Of a stretch of 64,000 nucleotides of DNA, positions 13,638 to 26,447 are shown one piece after another. The number at the start of each line of letters is the position of its first letter. The first letter of the stretch is position 1. The position numbers were made by a program, and so were the translations under genes. The stretch is from Raja brachyura (lineage: Eukaryota), in assembly GCA_963514005.1 (NCBI GenBank), contig OY740795.1, positions 558,001-622,000 of the forward strand. Reading direction: 5' to 3'. The notes under the pieces were generated by a model that was given only the letters and a program-made list of their open reading frames with translations, was not told where the DNA came from and did not search any database.

Positions 13638-13741
13638 GTTTCTCGTACTGAGGGGCCCTAGCGTCAGGCCACTGTGGGTTCATAATTCCGTGAAGACTTA
13701 CTATAAGGATGGGACTGGGTCTGCAGTGACTGTCACAGTCG
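13638..13741 (+). other. NAR-TCR J segment (13677-13741) with upstream 23-bp-spacer RSS
   Basis: GTTTCTCGT (13638-13646) + 23 nt + CACTGTG (13670-13676). Encodes VHNSVKTYYKDGTGSAVTVTV; donor GTAAGC at 13742 (phase 1). Confidence 0.88.
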
Positions 13742-14239
13742 GTAAGCATTCGAAAACCTCGGTTCCTACCCCTAGTTGTACCTGGGAATGTTCAGGAACA
13801 TGTAACACTGGAAACAAGGTGACAGTAATGTCATCACTGTGCAACCGGACGGTTTAATATAGCCGTTTCTGATAAAATGATCCAGAGTAAGCGTTTGCAG
13901 TCAAAACATATCTGGTTATGAGTTGGGGAATGGATTGCGGCGGACTCCGGCAGCAAACATGATATAACGATGACATAAATGATATAAACGATGACAGAGA
14001 ACGATAAATGCACAACAAAATCCTCAAAATAAATATGATTACCACAGCGATTTTGTGAAGACTGAGAAGAGTAGCAATGATCTATTAGCAGAAGGGACGG
14101 GGGGAGGGGGGCGGGGGTATCTGAGTTTCCGAGCGGACAAGGATGAGGCAAAAGGGAACAAAACCGCTGTTGAACCAGTTCACAACGCAATTAGATTGCT
14201 TTTGTAAAATGGTTTCCATTAGGGTGTGACGCGTACGAT

Positions 14240-15135
14240 AGGTTTAGTCAAGTCAAGTCAAGTCACTTTTATTTCTATAGCACATTTAAAAACCAACTCT
14301 CGTTGACCAAAGTGTTTTACATTGTTGGAGGTACTAACGTTATACAGCAGTGGTTCATAGATTAACTACATACATAAATACATACATATAGCTCAGAGGA
14401 CGTCAAGAAAGGCTTGAGATTAATGATGAGTTTTAAGTCACGACCTGAATGAGTCGAAGGAGGAGACAGTTCTGATGGGAAGAGGGATGCTGCTCCACTG
14501 TCTAGGAGCTGCAACCGCAAAGGCGCGTTCGCCCGTGAGCTTATGCCTAGACCGCGGGATGGTCAGTGACCCTCCAGTCGGCCGATCAGAGGGACCTAGA
14601 GGTGGTGTGGTTGGGAAACACACTTTTGATGTAGGTGGGGGCAAACCCGTTAAGGGCTTTTTAAACATAAATAAGGATCTTGAAATGCATTCGGAACCGC
14701 ACAGGGAGCCAGTGGAGAGGGGCCAAAATCGGGGTGATGTGGCCTTTTTTCGGGAGCCCGTCAGGTGTCTCGCTGCGACGTTTTGACCAGTTGCAGGCGG
14801 GACAGGAAATATTGGCTGATGCCAGTGTAAAGGGAGTTGCAGTATTCGAGGCGGGAGGAGACAAATGTTTGGATGATCTTTTCGAGGTCGTCAAACTTCA
14901 GGAATTGTTTTATATTACCTATCCTCTGAAGCTGGAAGAAGCTTGCTTTCACCACGGCATTGGCTTGTTTGTCATATTTCAACGCTGAGTCAAATATGAC
15001 GCCAAGTTTTTTGACTTGAGGTTCGAGTAATGGGGTAAGGCTTCCAAGGCTGCCTGCTATGGTTTGGATTGGATCTGAGGGGCCGAGAGGGATGACCTCA
15101 GACTTACTCTCGTTTAGTTGGAGGAAGTTCTGGGT
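14240..15135 (-). mobile_element. L2-type LINE 3' fragment
   Basis: Minus-strand SRLEYCNSL, HITPILAPLHWLPV, GERAFAVAAP motifs; (TTGAC)n tail. Confidence 0.8.
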
Positions 15136-15949
15136 TAGGGGGCGGTGAAGTAATCTCGTTATATTTCCGAAATGCTCGAGGGCGCTTGACTGGAAGAATG
15201 TTGATCAGTAAATGTAAAGACCAGTGGGAAAATTGCACAGACTGAATCAAACCGACAACATGCAGATTGTAGGAACATATCCTACGATGATAATGATAAA
15301 CCGCAAGTGATTAAAGCGAGATGCCCAGATCTGACAATATAAGGTGGAACGTAGAAATGAACGTGATACAAAGATAGATGCACCCCACCTAAGATAGAAA
15401 GGTTTGTAATAAGGTGGGAAACGTTTCATCTGGGTGTGCTAAATGCTGTCATAGAATAGCACTTTCCCCAGAAATATTCAATGTCGGCTTGGCTCATTCT
15501 GCGTGGTATAGTCTAATTTCACTCTCCTGTATATTCCAATGCACTGGCTGATAACCGAGACGTGGTCAATCTTTGTACGTGAGCAAAACAAATCAACATT
15601 TTACACGGTATGTTCTTCTAGAAACTTGATAATAAATTATATAATTTTCATTTATTGTTATTCTGGTCCATGATCTGAATGCAGGCTCTCTGAATGTACC
15701 CCATAGTTATTATGCGTGCTCCCAGTTCATTTTCGTAGCCATGATAAACCATGATGATAATTTAATGGTCAGTGATGTCCCATCGCTGCTCATGGTTTCA
15801 AGGATAACGAACAAAGTTCCAAGTTACCAAGGATAACGAACAAAGTTTGTGCACGTTGAGAGTTTCTCAAACCGATGCAGAGCTCAAATCGAGTGCACAA
15901 ATCTCTCCGGCAATGTATAGTAACGGAATAATGAATTTCTCTCTGACAG

Positions 15950-16301
15950 CTACAGCTTCTCTTTCCCAGTTGACCACGAGTCCGCCTCTACAGTCTTTTC
16001 CTGCTGGCAGCAACGTTACTCTTGAATGCGCATATTCTGGGTTCTGTTCGCTCACAATATATTGGTACCGGCAGTTCCCAGGATGGGCTCCACAATTCCA
16101 GCTCCTGCGACACAGTTCGGGAGAGCAGGATCAGAAACACTCTGCTGGAGAAAGAATATTCGCTTCTCTTGATCGTGGCCAAAAAAATCAGCCGGTTAAC
16201 AATCTCCAATTTACAGCTTGGCCACGCGGCTGTGTTCTTCTGTGCAATTAGGTCACGTACGGCACAGTGATACAAAATAGAGAGAAAGCCATACAAAAAC
16301 G
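15950..16301 (+). pseudogene. Leaderless NAR-TCR supporting V-delta with 23-RSS; single frameshift as assembled
   Basis: Phase-1 acceptor compatible with the NAR J donor and no leader exon seen upstream. VTLECAYSGFCSLTIYWYRQ has a CDR1 Cys. One extra A in the A7 run at 16181-16187. RSS CACAGTG (16263) + 23 + ACAAAAACG. Confidence 0.85.
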
Positions 16302-16499
16302 TCGATGTGGTCGAGCACAGACACGCACGGCGCTGCAGAGCTCAGATGGAGCTGCAAAAAAACGTAGGTGCGGTAGGAATTATTGCAGAAAAAGTGTTAG
16401 CAAGATCGTGAGATGATTGTCAAGTATCTGGTTAATTGGCGTCATAAGATAATGAATGAATGAATGATGAATGAATGATGAATGAATGAATGAATAATG

Positions 16500-17460
16500 A
16501 ATGAATTGATGAAGTGACGTGGAGGGTGAGACCGGTAATGTGGTGGGCACTGGAAGAATTAATTCGAGGACCGTAGGAAGGATGAGCAACCTGACCCAGG
16601 CCATTTCGCTCAGGGTGGCATTCGAGATAAAACAGGGAAGAAACACGTTGTTGTCATTGGGGATAGTATCGTTAGGCGCGTTGACACTGTTCTTTGTCGA
16701 GAGGTTTGAGAGTCCCGAAGGCTGTGTTCTCTGACTGGTGGCGGGGTTCAGGACATCCCGTTTGCCATGCAGAGCAACTTGCAGGCGAGGAGAAAAATCC
16801 CGTTGTCGTGGTCCATGTGGGTATCAATGACGTAGGTAGAACAAGAAAATAGGTTCTGCTGAAGGAACATGAAGATCAAAAGGAGAACCGAGTAGGTAAT
16901 AATCTCAGGATTGCTACCTAAGCCATGTGTGACGATCGGAGGTGGCAATTGAATGTTCAAAGTTAAACATTCTATCGGAAAGAAAGACAGGTGGGCGGAG
17001 GGGGTGGGGTATCACGGTTCGCACGGAATAAAACTCGGTCCGTAGGGAGGGCAGATAAGATCATGGGATGTAGACTCATTGTGAATAGAGCTGAGAGATG
17101 TTACGGGTAAAAATGCGATAATGGAAGTTATTTACAGGCCACCAAACAGTGGCCAGAATGCAGGATACAAGTTACACCAGTAGATAGAATTGGCACGTAA
17201 GAAAGGCGATTCTACGTAGGTCATGTGAGATTTCATTATGCAGGTAAACTGGGTAAATCAGGGTGGTACTGGACCCCAAAAAAGGGAATTCGTTGGGTGC
17301 CTCCGAGATGGATTCGTAGAACAGCTTGCTGCAAAGCCTATCAGGGTATAGATAATTCTGCAATTAGTGTTGAGTAGAGATCCGGTTTTGATAAAGGGAA
17401 CTCTAGGTAAATGAGCCGCTAGGAGTTAACGAGCAGACCATGATAAGTTTTAATCTGCTA
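16500..17460 (+). mobile_element. Decayed CR1 5' region (ORF1 SGNH esterase-like and endonuclease start); appears to continue at about 19945-20290
   Basis: Plus-strand VVIGDSIVR, VVVHVGINDVG and VIYRPPNS-like motifs. Confidence 0.65.
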
Positions 17461-17464
17461 TTTA

Positions 17465-19940
17465 ACACAAGAAACATAGAAACAAAGAAATGAGATGCTG
17501 GAGGAGGCCATTCGGCATTTCAAGCCTGCACCGTCATTCAATATGATCATGGCTGACCATCCAACTGTGTATTCCGTACCTGCTTTCTCTCCATACCCTC
17601 TGATCCCCTTAGACACAAGGGCCACATCTAACTCCCTCTTAAATATAGCCAATGAACTGGCCTCAACTACCCTCTGTGGCAGAGAGCTCCAGAGACCCAA
17701 CACTCTCTGTGTGAAAAAAATCCTTCTCATCTCGGTCCTAAAGGATGTCCCCCTTATCCTTAAGCTGTGACCCCTTGTCCTGGACCTCCCCAACATCGGG
17801 AACAATCTTCCTGCATCTAGCCTGTCCAAACCCTTAAGAATCCTTAAGTGTCTATAAGATCCCCCCTCAATCCCCTAAATTTAAGAGAGTATAAGCCGAG
17901 TCTATCCAGTACTTCTTCATAAGAGAGTCCTGACATCCCAGGAATCAATCTGGTGAACCTTCTCTGCACAGCCTCTATGGCAATAATGTCCTTCCTCAGA
18001 TTCGGAGACCAGACTGTACGCAATACTCCAGGTGTGGTCTCACCAAGACCCTATACAACTGAAGTAGAACCTCCCTGCCCCTGTACTCAAATCCTTTTGC
18101 TATGAAAGCTAACATACCATTCGCTTTCTTCAATGCCTGCTGCACTTAAATGTCTACTTTCAATGACTGGTGTACCATGACACCCAGGTCGCGCTGCATT
18201 TCCCCTTTTCCTAATCGGCCACCATTTAGATAATAGTCTGCTTTCCTGTTTTTGCCACCAGAGTGGATAACCTCACATTTATCCACATTATACTGCATCT
18301 GTCAAACATTTGGCCACTCACCCAGCCTATCCAAGTCACCTTGCAGTCTCCCAACATCCTCGTCACCGCTACCACTGCCCCCCAGCTTAGTGTCATCCGC
18401 AAACTTGGAGATATTGCCTTCAATTCCCTCATCCCGATCATTAAAGTATATTGTAAATAGCTGGGGCCCCAGCACTGAGCCTTGTGGAACCCCTAGTCAC
18501 TGCCTGCCATTGCGAAAAGGACCCGGCTACTCTTTGCTTCCTGTTTGCCAGCCAGTTCTCTATCCAGATCACTACTGAACCCCCAATGCCGTATGCTTTA
18601 AGTTTGTATACTTATCTCTTATGTGGGACCTTGTCGAAAGCCTTCTGGAAGTCCAGATACACCACATCCACTGGTTCACCCCTATCCACGCTACTAGTTA
18701 CATCCTCGAAAAATTCCACAAGATTCGTCAGACATGATTTACCTTTCGTAAATCCATGCTGACTTTGTCCAATGATTTCACCACTTTCCAAATGTGCTGC
18801 TATCCCATCTTTAATAACTGACTCTAGCAGTTTCCCCACTACCGATGTTAGACTAACTGGTCTGTAATTCACCGTTTTCTCTCTCCCTCCCTTTTTAAAA
18901 GGTGGGGTTACGTTTGCTACCCGCCAATGCTCAAGAGCTATTCCAGAATCTAAAGAGTTTTGAAAGATTATCACTAATGCATCCACCATTTCCGGAGCTA
19001 CTTCCTAAAGTATTCTGGAATGCAGCCTACCTGGCCCTGGGGATTTATCGGCTTTTAATCCATTCAATTTACCCAACACCACTTCCCGTCTAACCGGGAT
19101 TTCACTCAATTCCTCCTTTGACCCGCGGTCCCCAGCTATTTCCCGCAGATTATTTATGTCTTCCTTAGTGAAGACGGAACCAAAGTACTTATTCAATTGG
19201 TCTGCCATATCCTTGTTCCCCATGATCAACTCACCTGTTTCTGACTACAAGGGACCTTCATTTGTTTTAACTAATCTCTTTCTCTTCACATATCTATAAC
19301 ACATTTTGCAGTCAGTTTTTATGTTCACTGCCAGTTTTCTTTCATAATCTATTTTTCATTTCCTAATTAAGCCCTTTGTCTTCCTGTGCTGGTCTCTGAA
19401 TTTCTCCCAGTCTTCTGGTATGCTGCTTTTTCTGGCTACTTTGTACGCATCATCCTTTGCTTTGATACTATCCCTGATTTCCCATGTTCTCCACGGACGC
19501 ACTACCTTCCCTGATTTATTGTTTTGCCAAATTGGGATGAACAATTTTTGTAGTTCATCCATGCAGTCTTTAAATGTCTTCCATTGCGTATCCACCGTCA
19601 ACCATTTTAGAATTGACTGCCACTCAATCTTGGCCAATTCACGTCCCATACTCTCAAAGTTACCTTTCTTTAAGTTCAGAACCATTGTTTCTGAATTAAC
19701 AATGTCACTCTCCATCCTAATGAAGAACTCGACAATATTATGGTCACTTTTGCCCAGGGGTGCACGCACAACAAGACTGCTAACGAACCCTTCCTCATTA
19801 CTCAATACCCAGTCTAAAATAGCCTGCTCTCTCGTTGGTTCCTCTACATGTTGATTCAGATAACTATCCCGCATACATTCCAAAACATCCTCTTCCTCAG
19901 CGCCCCTGCCAATTTGATTCACCCAATCTATATGTAGATT
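17465..19940 (-). mobile_element. CR1-type LINE ORF2 fragment nested in an older CR1
   Basis: Minus-strand ORFs: QHVEEPTREQAILDWVL, NYRPVSLTSVVGK, DFQKAFDKVPH, TRGHSLRI. Confidence 0.9.
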
Positions 19941-20389
19941 GAAGATATGTAGATTAAGAGGAGAAGATGACATCGGATGTGTCTGTATTGCAGATGAGCA
20001 AAGGGGACTATCGCTGCACGAAGGGTGATCTGGTGAAAGATGACAGGGAAGGGAACATAGCAGGGATGACAGTGAAACATTAATGGCAGGAATTTCTGGG
20101 AATAATTCGGAAGATGCAGGACTGTTTCGTTCCAAAAAGGAAGGACGATTCTAGGTGGAGAAAGCCATGGCTGACAAGGGAAGTCTGGACAGTATAACAT
20201 TAAAAGAGAAGGCGTATAACATTGCAAAGATTACTGCGAAGCCGGACTATTGGGACACTTTTAATGAACAACAGAAAGTAAATAAAAAGGGTTGATGATA
20301 CTCCAACATTTTTCTAATTCAAAATGCAGAAATTCAGTTTCTATCAGTTTAGTCTTTCCATCTCCGTGAATTACATGCTCCATCAATGA

Positions 20390-21120
20390 CGGGTGGCGCC
20401 GTCAGCGATAGCAGCCTCGCCCATAGTATAGCTGTCTTTTCTTCATTTTTGTTATTTTAAGTCTGTTTTAAACTACGTGTTAATGTTCCCTGGTTTGTTT
20501 TATGAGGGAGGCGGGGGTTGGGGTCGGCCGAAACTTTTTTCAATCTCTTATCTTGACTCAGATCCGATTGATTTTTCGGATCGTATATCCGATCCATCTG
20601 CGGCCTGTGATCATGGAGTTGGCGGCTTTGCTCGAGACTGACTTTGAGCCCCACCGCGAGGGACCTTGCCTGGGATCGACGCTGCAACCACGGCCTGCGG
20701 ATTTCAACATCGAGGATGTCGCAGTCTCCGGCAGAGACTGATGTCGGGAAGCTCCAAGTCGCAGAAGGTTCGGCCTGCCCCGACCTGGGGGTCCAATCGC
20801 CAGGCGCTAGGGAGCTGGGAGCCCCCCGATGCGAGAGCATGATCGCCCCGACGCGGAGGGAACGACCGCGGGCTGCGGGAACCAAGATCTCCCCGACAAC
20901 GGAAGGTTCCAGTGCCCCGACCGCGCAAGGACAAAGAAGGGAAGAATATTGAACTTGTTTTGCCTTCCATCACAGTGAAGAATGTGGGGAAGTCGCTGTG
21001 GGCGATGGCCATGTTTAAAATTTATATTGCTGTATTGTCGCTGTTTATTGGTATGAGACGGCATGGCAAATCAAATTCCTTGTATGTTGCAAAACATACT
21101 AGGCTAATAAAGTACTATTA
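20390..21120 (+). repeat. Interspersed repeat, second copy at 63380-64000
   Basis: Shared segments such as GACTGACTTTGAGCCCCACCGCG and GATCGCCCCGACG between the two loci; family not identified. Confidence 0.7.
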
Positions 21121-21743
21121 TGAGTATGATTATGAATATGATATTATGCCGCAGAGGTAGAAAATAGATAGGTGACCACCGGTAAACGGATTATGGAGAA
21201 GTAGTCATGTGAAGGGGAATGATCAGAGGGTAGAGGGGAGTCTCGGCAGTTGGTCCAGGCGCGGATGAGAGCGGGGTGCGGGGAAAGCAGACAGTGCGAC
21301 GATCATAGGAGACCTATTGGAGGGCGGGGGGGGGGGGGGGGGGTGGGGGGGGGCGGGACGCAGATAGAAGATTCAATTTACTATGCGACACATTCCAGGA
21401 TAACGATTTATTGCTTTGGGATCAATGCGCAAATGGTTACAGAATATTCCAAACGCCATTTGAAGAAACCTTATTATTTACTTGTCAGAAGCCTTTTTCA
21501 CCGCATTCACATAATATGTTTCAGTTCATGTAGCAACAGTAGTTAGTTTCGCTTTTAAGCCACATTGGTCAAACAATATAATTTCATGAATAATTACAAG
21601 ATAGAACTACATACTGTCCTTTGGTTATTCGGCAATTATGATGATGCAATTAATTGTCGCTCCAGAGATTACCCTGCGGTATAAATAGTTCTGAGAATGT
21701 TGATGCAGAAATTTCTTGCCAGTTAATCGTGCTCACTGAAGTA

Positions 21744-23622
21744 ATGCACGCACCTGGGAATGGACCGGTTTTTGCCATTTATTATTCGTTTCTTGCTGCT
21801 TTCGGAGTTCCAGGTAAGAACAAAACATATGCACGTCGCCTTTCATTTAAAAAGCATCTGCCATTCATTTAAATCTGCCATTCAGGCACTTTCATCTGCA
21901 ACGAATATCACCGTCGCTATCTGTTCCTTGTGATCTCGTACGAAATGACGAATTCAATCAAATTGTCTGTTGCAAAGGAGGATGTTCCAAAAACTATTCT
22001 CTTGCCATTCCTGCAAGAAAGAAATGTGTTTTTTTTTCACCGTCCTTTTCCGCCAAGTCAGCAAGCTGTTAAATGGGAGTATCTGTATTTTCTGATCAGA
22101 GACACAAAGGTATTATTGGAAGCATAATTTAATTATTGTAAGTTGTCTCTCTTCTCCGAAACTCGCCCGACAAAAATGCCGGTGTCATTTACAGAATTTG
22201 GTGGCTGATGTAGCACCTTCGATCATATAATTTATTCGAATTACACTTCGGATACCATTTAACGTAATACTGTTCAGAATGCAGGCATTGAATCAATTTC
22301 ATCTACCAAGGTTATTTTCCTGTTTGCTGACCGCATTTGGCAGCTATTAACGGCAAGTAACGTTATTAGGAAGCGCTCTTGTTAGTTTGGCATGGACATT
22401 TATTATTTTATTTAATTTTCACACACAGTATTCTAAATGATCTCTTCTCCTATTAACATCGTTATTTGCTTTCAGTATGATGTGCTAATGGATTGGTATT
22501 TCTTTTTGTTTTTCAACAAATTGGCATTATGTTTGTGAAGCTAGTCTTTTGTATTCCATTCCATAACCCTACGCGGGCGTGGCATGACCCTAACAAAGCA
22601 CAATATATTTGGTGATTAGCTGAATCGTCGAAATATTATACGATTTTATCCAGTGAATCCATTGACTTTATCGGTGGCGGACTTATTATCAATGGACTGC
22701 TATATTATTTTATTTTGCAGCGAATTTGGTGACGATTGTGATTTTGTCCCAGGGAAGATGCGGCCTCTCGAAATGCGTAACTCGTTACCTGGTGTTCATG
22801 GCGGTGGCGGATCTCCTGGTCATTATCACTGCTGTGATATTAAGTCGGCTTCGGGCTATTTATTTCCCACGTAGTTTCTTGTCCACCACTCCTGCCTGTC
22901 GTCTCGTTATTGTCTTCAGCTGGATTTCAAAAGATATCTCAGTATGGTTAACGGTAGCGTTCACGTTCGATCGCTTTTTAGCTATTGGCAGCCATAAACT
23001 GAAGGTTAGATACTGCACCGAGAAAACTGCGGCTGTGATTATAGCAACCATCTGCGTGCTAGCGTCCTTGCGAAACATCCCTTTATATTTTCAATATGAG
23101 CCCATGTATGTCGTTGTTAACGTACCCTGGTTCTGCAGCATTAGACCAATCTTCTATACATCACTTGCATGGAGAGTGTTTGAATGGTTCCACTGTATGT
23201 TAAATCCATGTATCCCATTCCTCCTCATTTTGCTGCTTAATGTTCTGACGATCAGACACATTCTAGCGGCCAGTCGGGCCCGCCGGAGACTCCGGGCGCA
23301 GAGCAACGGAGATAAACAGAGTGACCCCGAGATGGAGAGCCGGAGAAAGTCAATTATTTTACTTCTCTGCATTTCCTGGAGTTTTATTTTATTGAGGTTT
23401 ACCTATGTTGTAAATTTCCTATTTATGCAGTTTACAAGCAACATTTATCCAACTAATTCCAATGACCCACAATTTATTCTTCAAGAAAGCGGATACATGT
23501 TAGAGATTCTTAGTTCCTGTACCAACACGTGTATTTATGTTGGGACGCAGTCTAATTTCAGGGAACAGTTGAAGGATGCTCTCCAATATCCCTTCAATCT
23601 CATTACTGGCTGGTTCAAGTAG
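21744..23622 (+). CDS. GPR139/GPR142-like class A GPCR, copy 1 (exon 1 21744-21813, exon 2 22721-23622)
   Basis: Exon 1 MHAPGNGPVFAIYYSFLAAFGVP (70 nt, GTAAG donor) splices in phase to ANLVTIVILS. 7TM ORF with SVWLTVAFTFDRFLAI and SSCTNTCIY motifs. Confidence 0.9.
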
Positions 23623-24401
23623 TGCACATAACAATTCTATACTGAAGAGAACAAGCAAATCAGAAACGACAAGTGCTGAAGAATTCGGACAAAGATGGCG
23701 CCGGAGCGTGGCGACGGTTTGCGTGCTGATATCAAATTCGGATCTACTATCATCCGATACAATCTCGTTACAATCTATTTACTCTTTCTGTTGTATTTTC
23801 TATCCATTGTACCTGAGTTTGGCTTGACTGTATGCATGTATAGTATTATCCGATTTATTGGGAAAACAAGCTCAACGACATTTCGCTGAAACTCGAATCA
23901 CATGGCAATAATAAAGTTAAAAGCACACTTAAACTTTATTAAAATAGTCAACAGTCCCGGCGGAATTCATATTAAAAAAATGTTGTTTCAATTCGAATAC
24001 CCATCATCAGTACCCTATTCTGAAAATTAATTATCCAAGTTCAGTAATAATAATTAAGACAAGCGCTTTGTTTATTTTGAACAGTGCAACGGCAATAGTA
24101 CGTTGACAAGTAAACGTTTTTCCAATGGTGAGTACGTTTCGTGTTTTACTGTTTACAAATTACTTCGGATTTGCTAGCTACAGACATCTGCTGCCACAAA
24201 TACGATGCATTTGAATGGGTTGGTGGATAAACGTAAGCACTCAAAGTATCATATTGTGGCAGCCGTTGCAACACCAAGATTGGCAGTGAGGAGGAGGAAT
24301 CTTTGGCACGAATGCAGTCGGCAGTTCGGCAAACAGTACAGCACATGGATACGTCCATGGCGTTCATGCTCAGCCGCCAAATAAACTGCTGATCCGGCTA
24401 T

Positions 24402-24723
24402 TGCATTTTTATCACAATAAATGATAATGTGCTGTATCACCATAGTGGACATTTGCGAACCAAAATGTATCTGCATCCCAGACATCTGCAGTCTGTCACT
24501 ATTTTAAATCCAGATTGGCGATCCAACTCAAATAGCTGAATAGCGCTGGTCTCAATGCCACGTACAAATGCTACTCAAATGCTATTCAATCATTTGAGTT
24601 GGATCGCCAATCTTGATTTATAATAGTAACAGACTGCAGAGGTCTGGGATGCAGTTGAATTTTGGCTCACAAATGTCCACAATGGTGGTACAGCACATTA
24701 TAATTTATTGTGATGAAAATGCA
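24402..24723. repeat. Imperfect long inverted repeat (foldback/MITE-like)
   Basis: About 140-bp arms (24402-24544 vs 24581-24723) are reverse complements; near-identical spurious ORFs on both strands. Confidence 0.85.
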
Positions 24724-26447
24724 GCTGCAAGCCGACGAAGCCTATTTCTCACGTATTCGTGTGATTGGAGTCGCCATGCTCACATTAGAGTACAAGGTTG
24801 GATGACACGGCTTGGCCAATGCATTGCTTAATGGGGAGCAAACACAATGTGCTGGAATAATCCATTGGTCTGCAGTGTGGAAAGAATGGAGAGACGCGTT
24901 TACCATTCTTCCCGCTTAAGAATTATCCCACATATGTTGCTTGACCCGCTTAGTTATTTCAGCACTTATCGAGCACTTCTGGCTTATGCCTCCAGCATCC
25001 GTAGTTTATTATAGCTCAGTTGGGAGGGGAACATGGTACAGGGAGGAGGTTGCCGGAAAAGTCAGCGAAAGAAGTAAGCAGAAGCCCATTCAGTTAGAAT
25101 CAGAACCGGGTGCCGGATGCCCTCACCGAGCCGCCGACTCAGAAGCAGCTGTGAAAGGGCAAACAGCCCCCCCCCCCCGTTGAGTACGAGGCAATGAGCC
25201 AGAAAAAAAAGAGGGACAAATAAGAGAGTAAACAGAATAGTGCGGTACAGGAACAGACATTGCGGCCCAAAGTGTTCGCGCGAAACATGATGCCTAGTTA
25301 ACCCATTCCCCTCTGCCAGCAACGGATCGATTTGCATCCATGCCGCGCATATCAATCCTATCCCTGCATATCCACGTGCTCACCGACAAACTTTTCAAAT
25401 ACCATACGGCATTATGTCTGCCAGTGCGTTCCAGCTGCCCACCATTGTATAAAATTCTCTGCCGCGCATATTTGAAAAATCGTTTGAATATCCCTATCCG
25501 GCTACGGGAAAATGATACTGACTCTCTGCTCTTTCTACGCTTTCTCCGAGGCTGCAATGGGAACAATCCACGTTTGCCCAACTGGTTCTAATGTGTAATA
25601 ATTTGCAATTCGGCCAATAATCTGCTAAACCTCCAGCAACCTATCCAAACCCTAAGCATCATTCGAGTAATGTTGCGGCCACAATTCCAATCCAGGTGTG
25701 GCGTAAACCAGGATGAGGTAAACTGCTGCGACCAAAGTTTTCTACTCCTATTCTATTATTTTGAACCGTTCTCAAGTTGAGCCAATCAGCAACATTGGGA
25801 CCGCCCTGTATTAAGATTAAAAGTACACTGCTCAGATACCGCAGCCGATGGAAAGTAATTTGATCATTCCCGTGAGTTAACAGCAGAGGGCACAGTAGGA
25901 GGTGTGACGTTTGAAATCGCCCCAGCGCGAAGGCACAAAAACTGACGACGCCCAAGAATGTCATTCCGCTCAGCGCAGCACTGCCCAACCAACCAACCAA
26001 TCTGCTCACACCTTCGAACATTGCGCAATAAATCTTGCACACTAATCTGCAGTGCCGAAGCCACAACATTCCAGGTCCGTTCCCTTTTATCTTTCCAGAT
26101 ATACAGAATTGTGAATATTGCCAATATTTTTCCTTTTCCTGATAGATTTCGAAGATGTGACAAGATATTTTTTTTCCATCATCCGCTGAAATATTACATC
26201 AACTTCCATTAGTATGTTGCAAGAGGATAATCCCTACTGCTGACTCCAAAATACATGCACTGATGGGGAAGTCATAGTATTTCTAACTAATATCGATTGG
26301 CATCCCGTTATTTACCTACTTCATACGGTATCTGTCCTTTGCGCAACATTGGTGGTTTCGGTCCAGGTTTACCGAATGTTTCCCCACTTCTGCTACCGCC
26401 ACAATCTAATCCTAATGTTCTCGCGATGTTTTTTTCTGAGGCGGCAT

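Noticed and set aside
13795-13845. J-like peptide (TGNKVTVMSS) after the NAR J
   Set aside because: No upstream RSS, no GxG motif, no suitable splice donor.
20457-21160. Cluster of overlapping ORFs on both strands
   Set aside because: Lies in a GC-rich interspersed repeat duplicated at 63380-64000; no recognisable protein motif.
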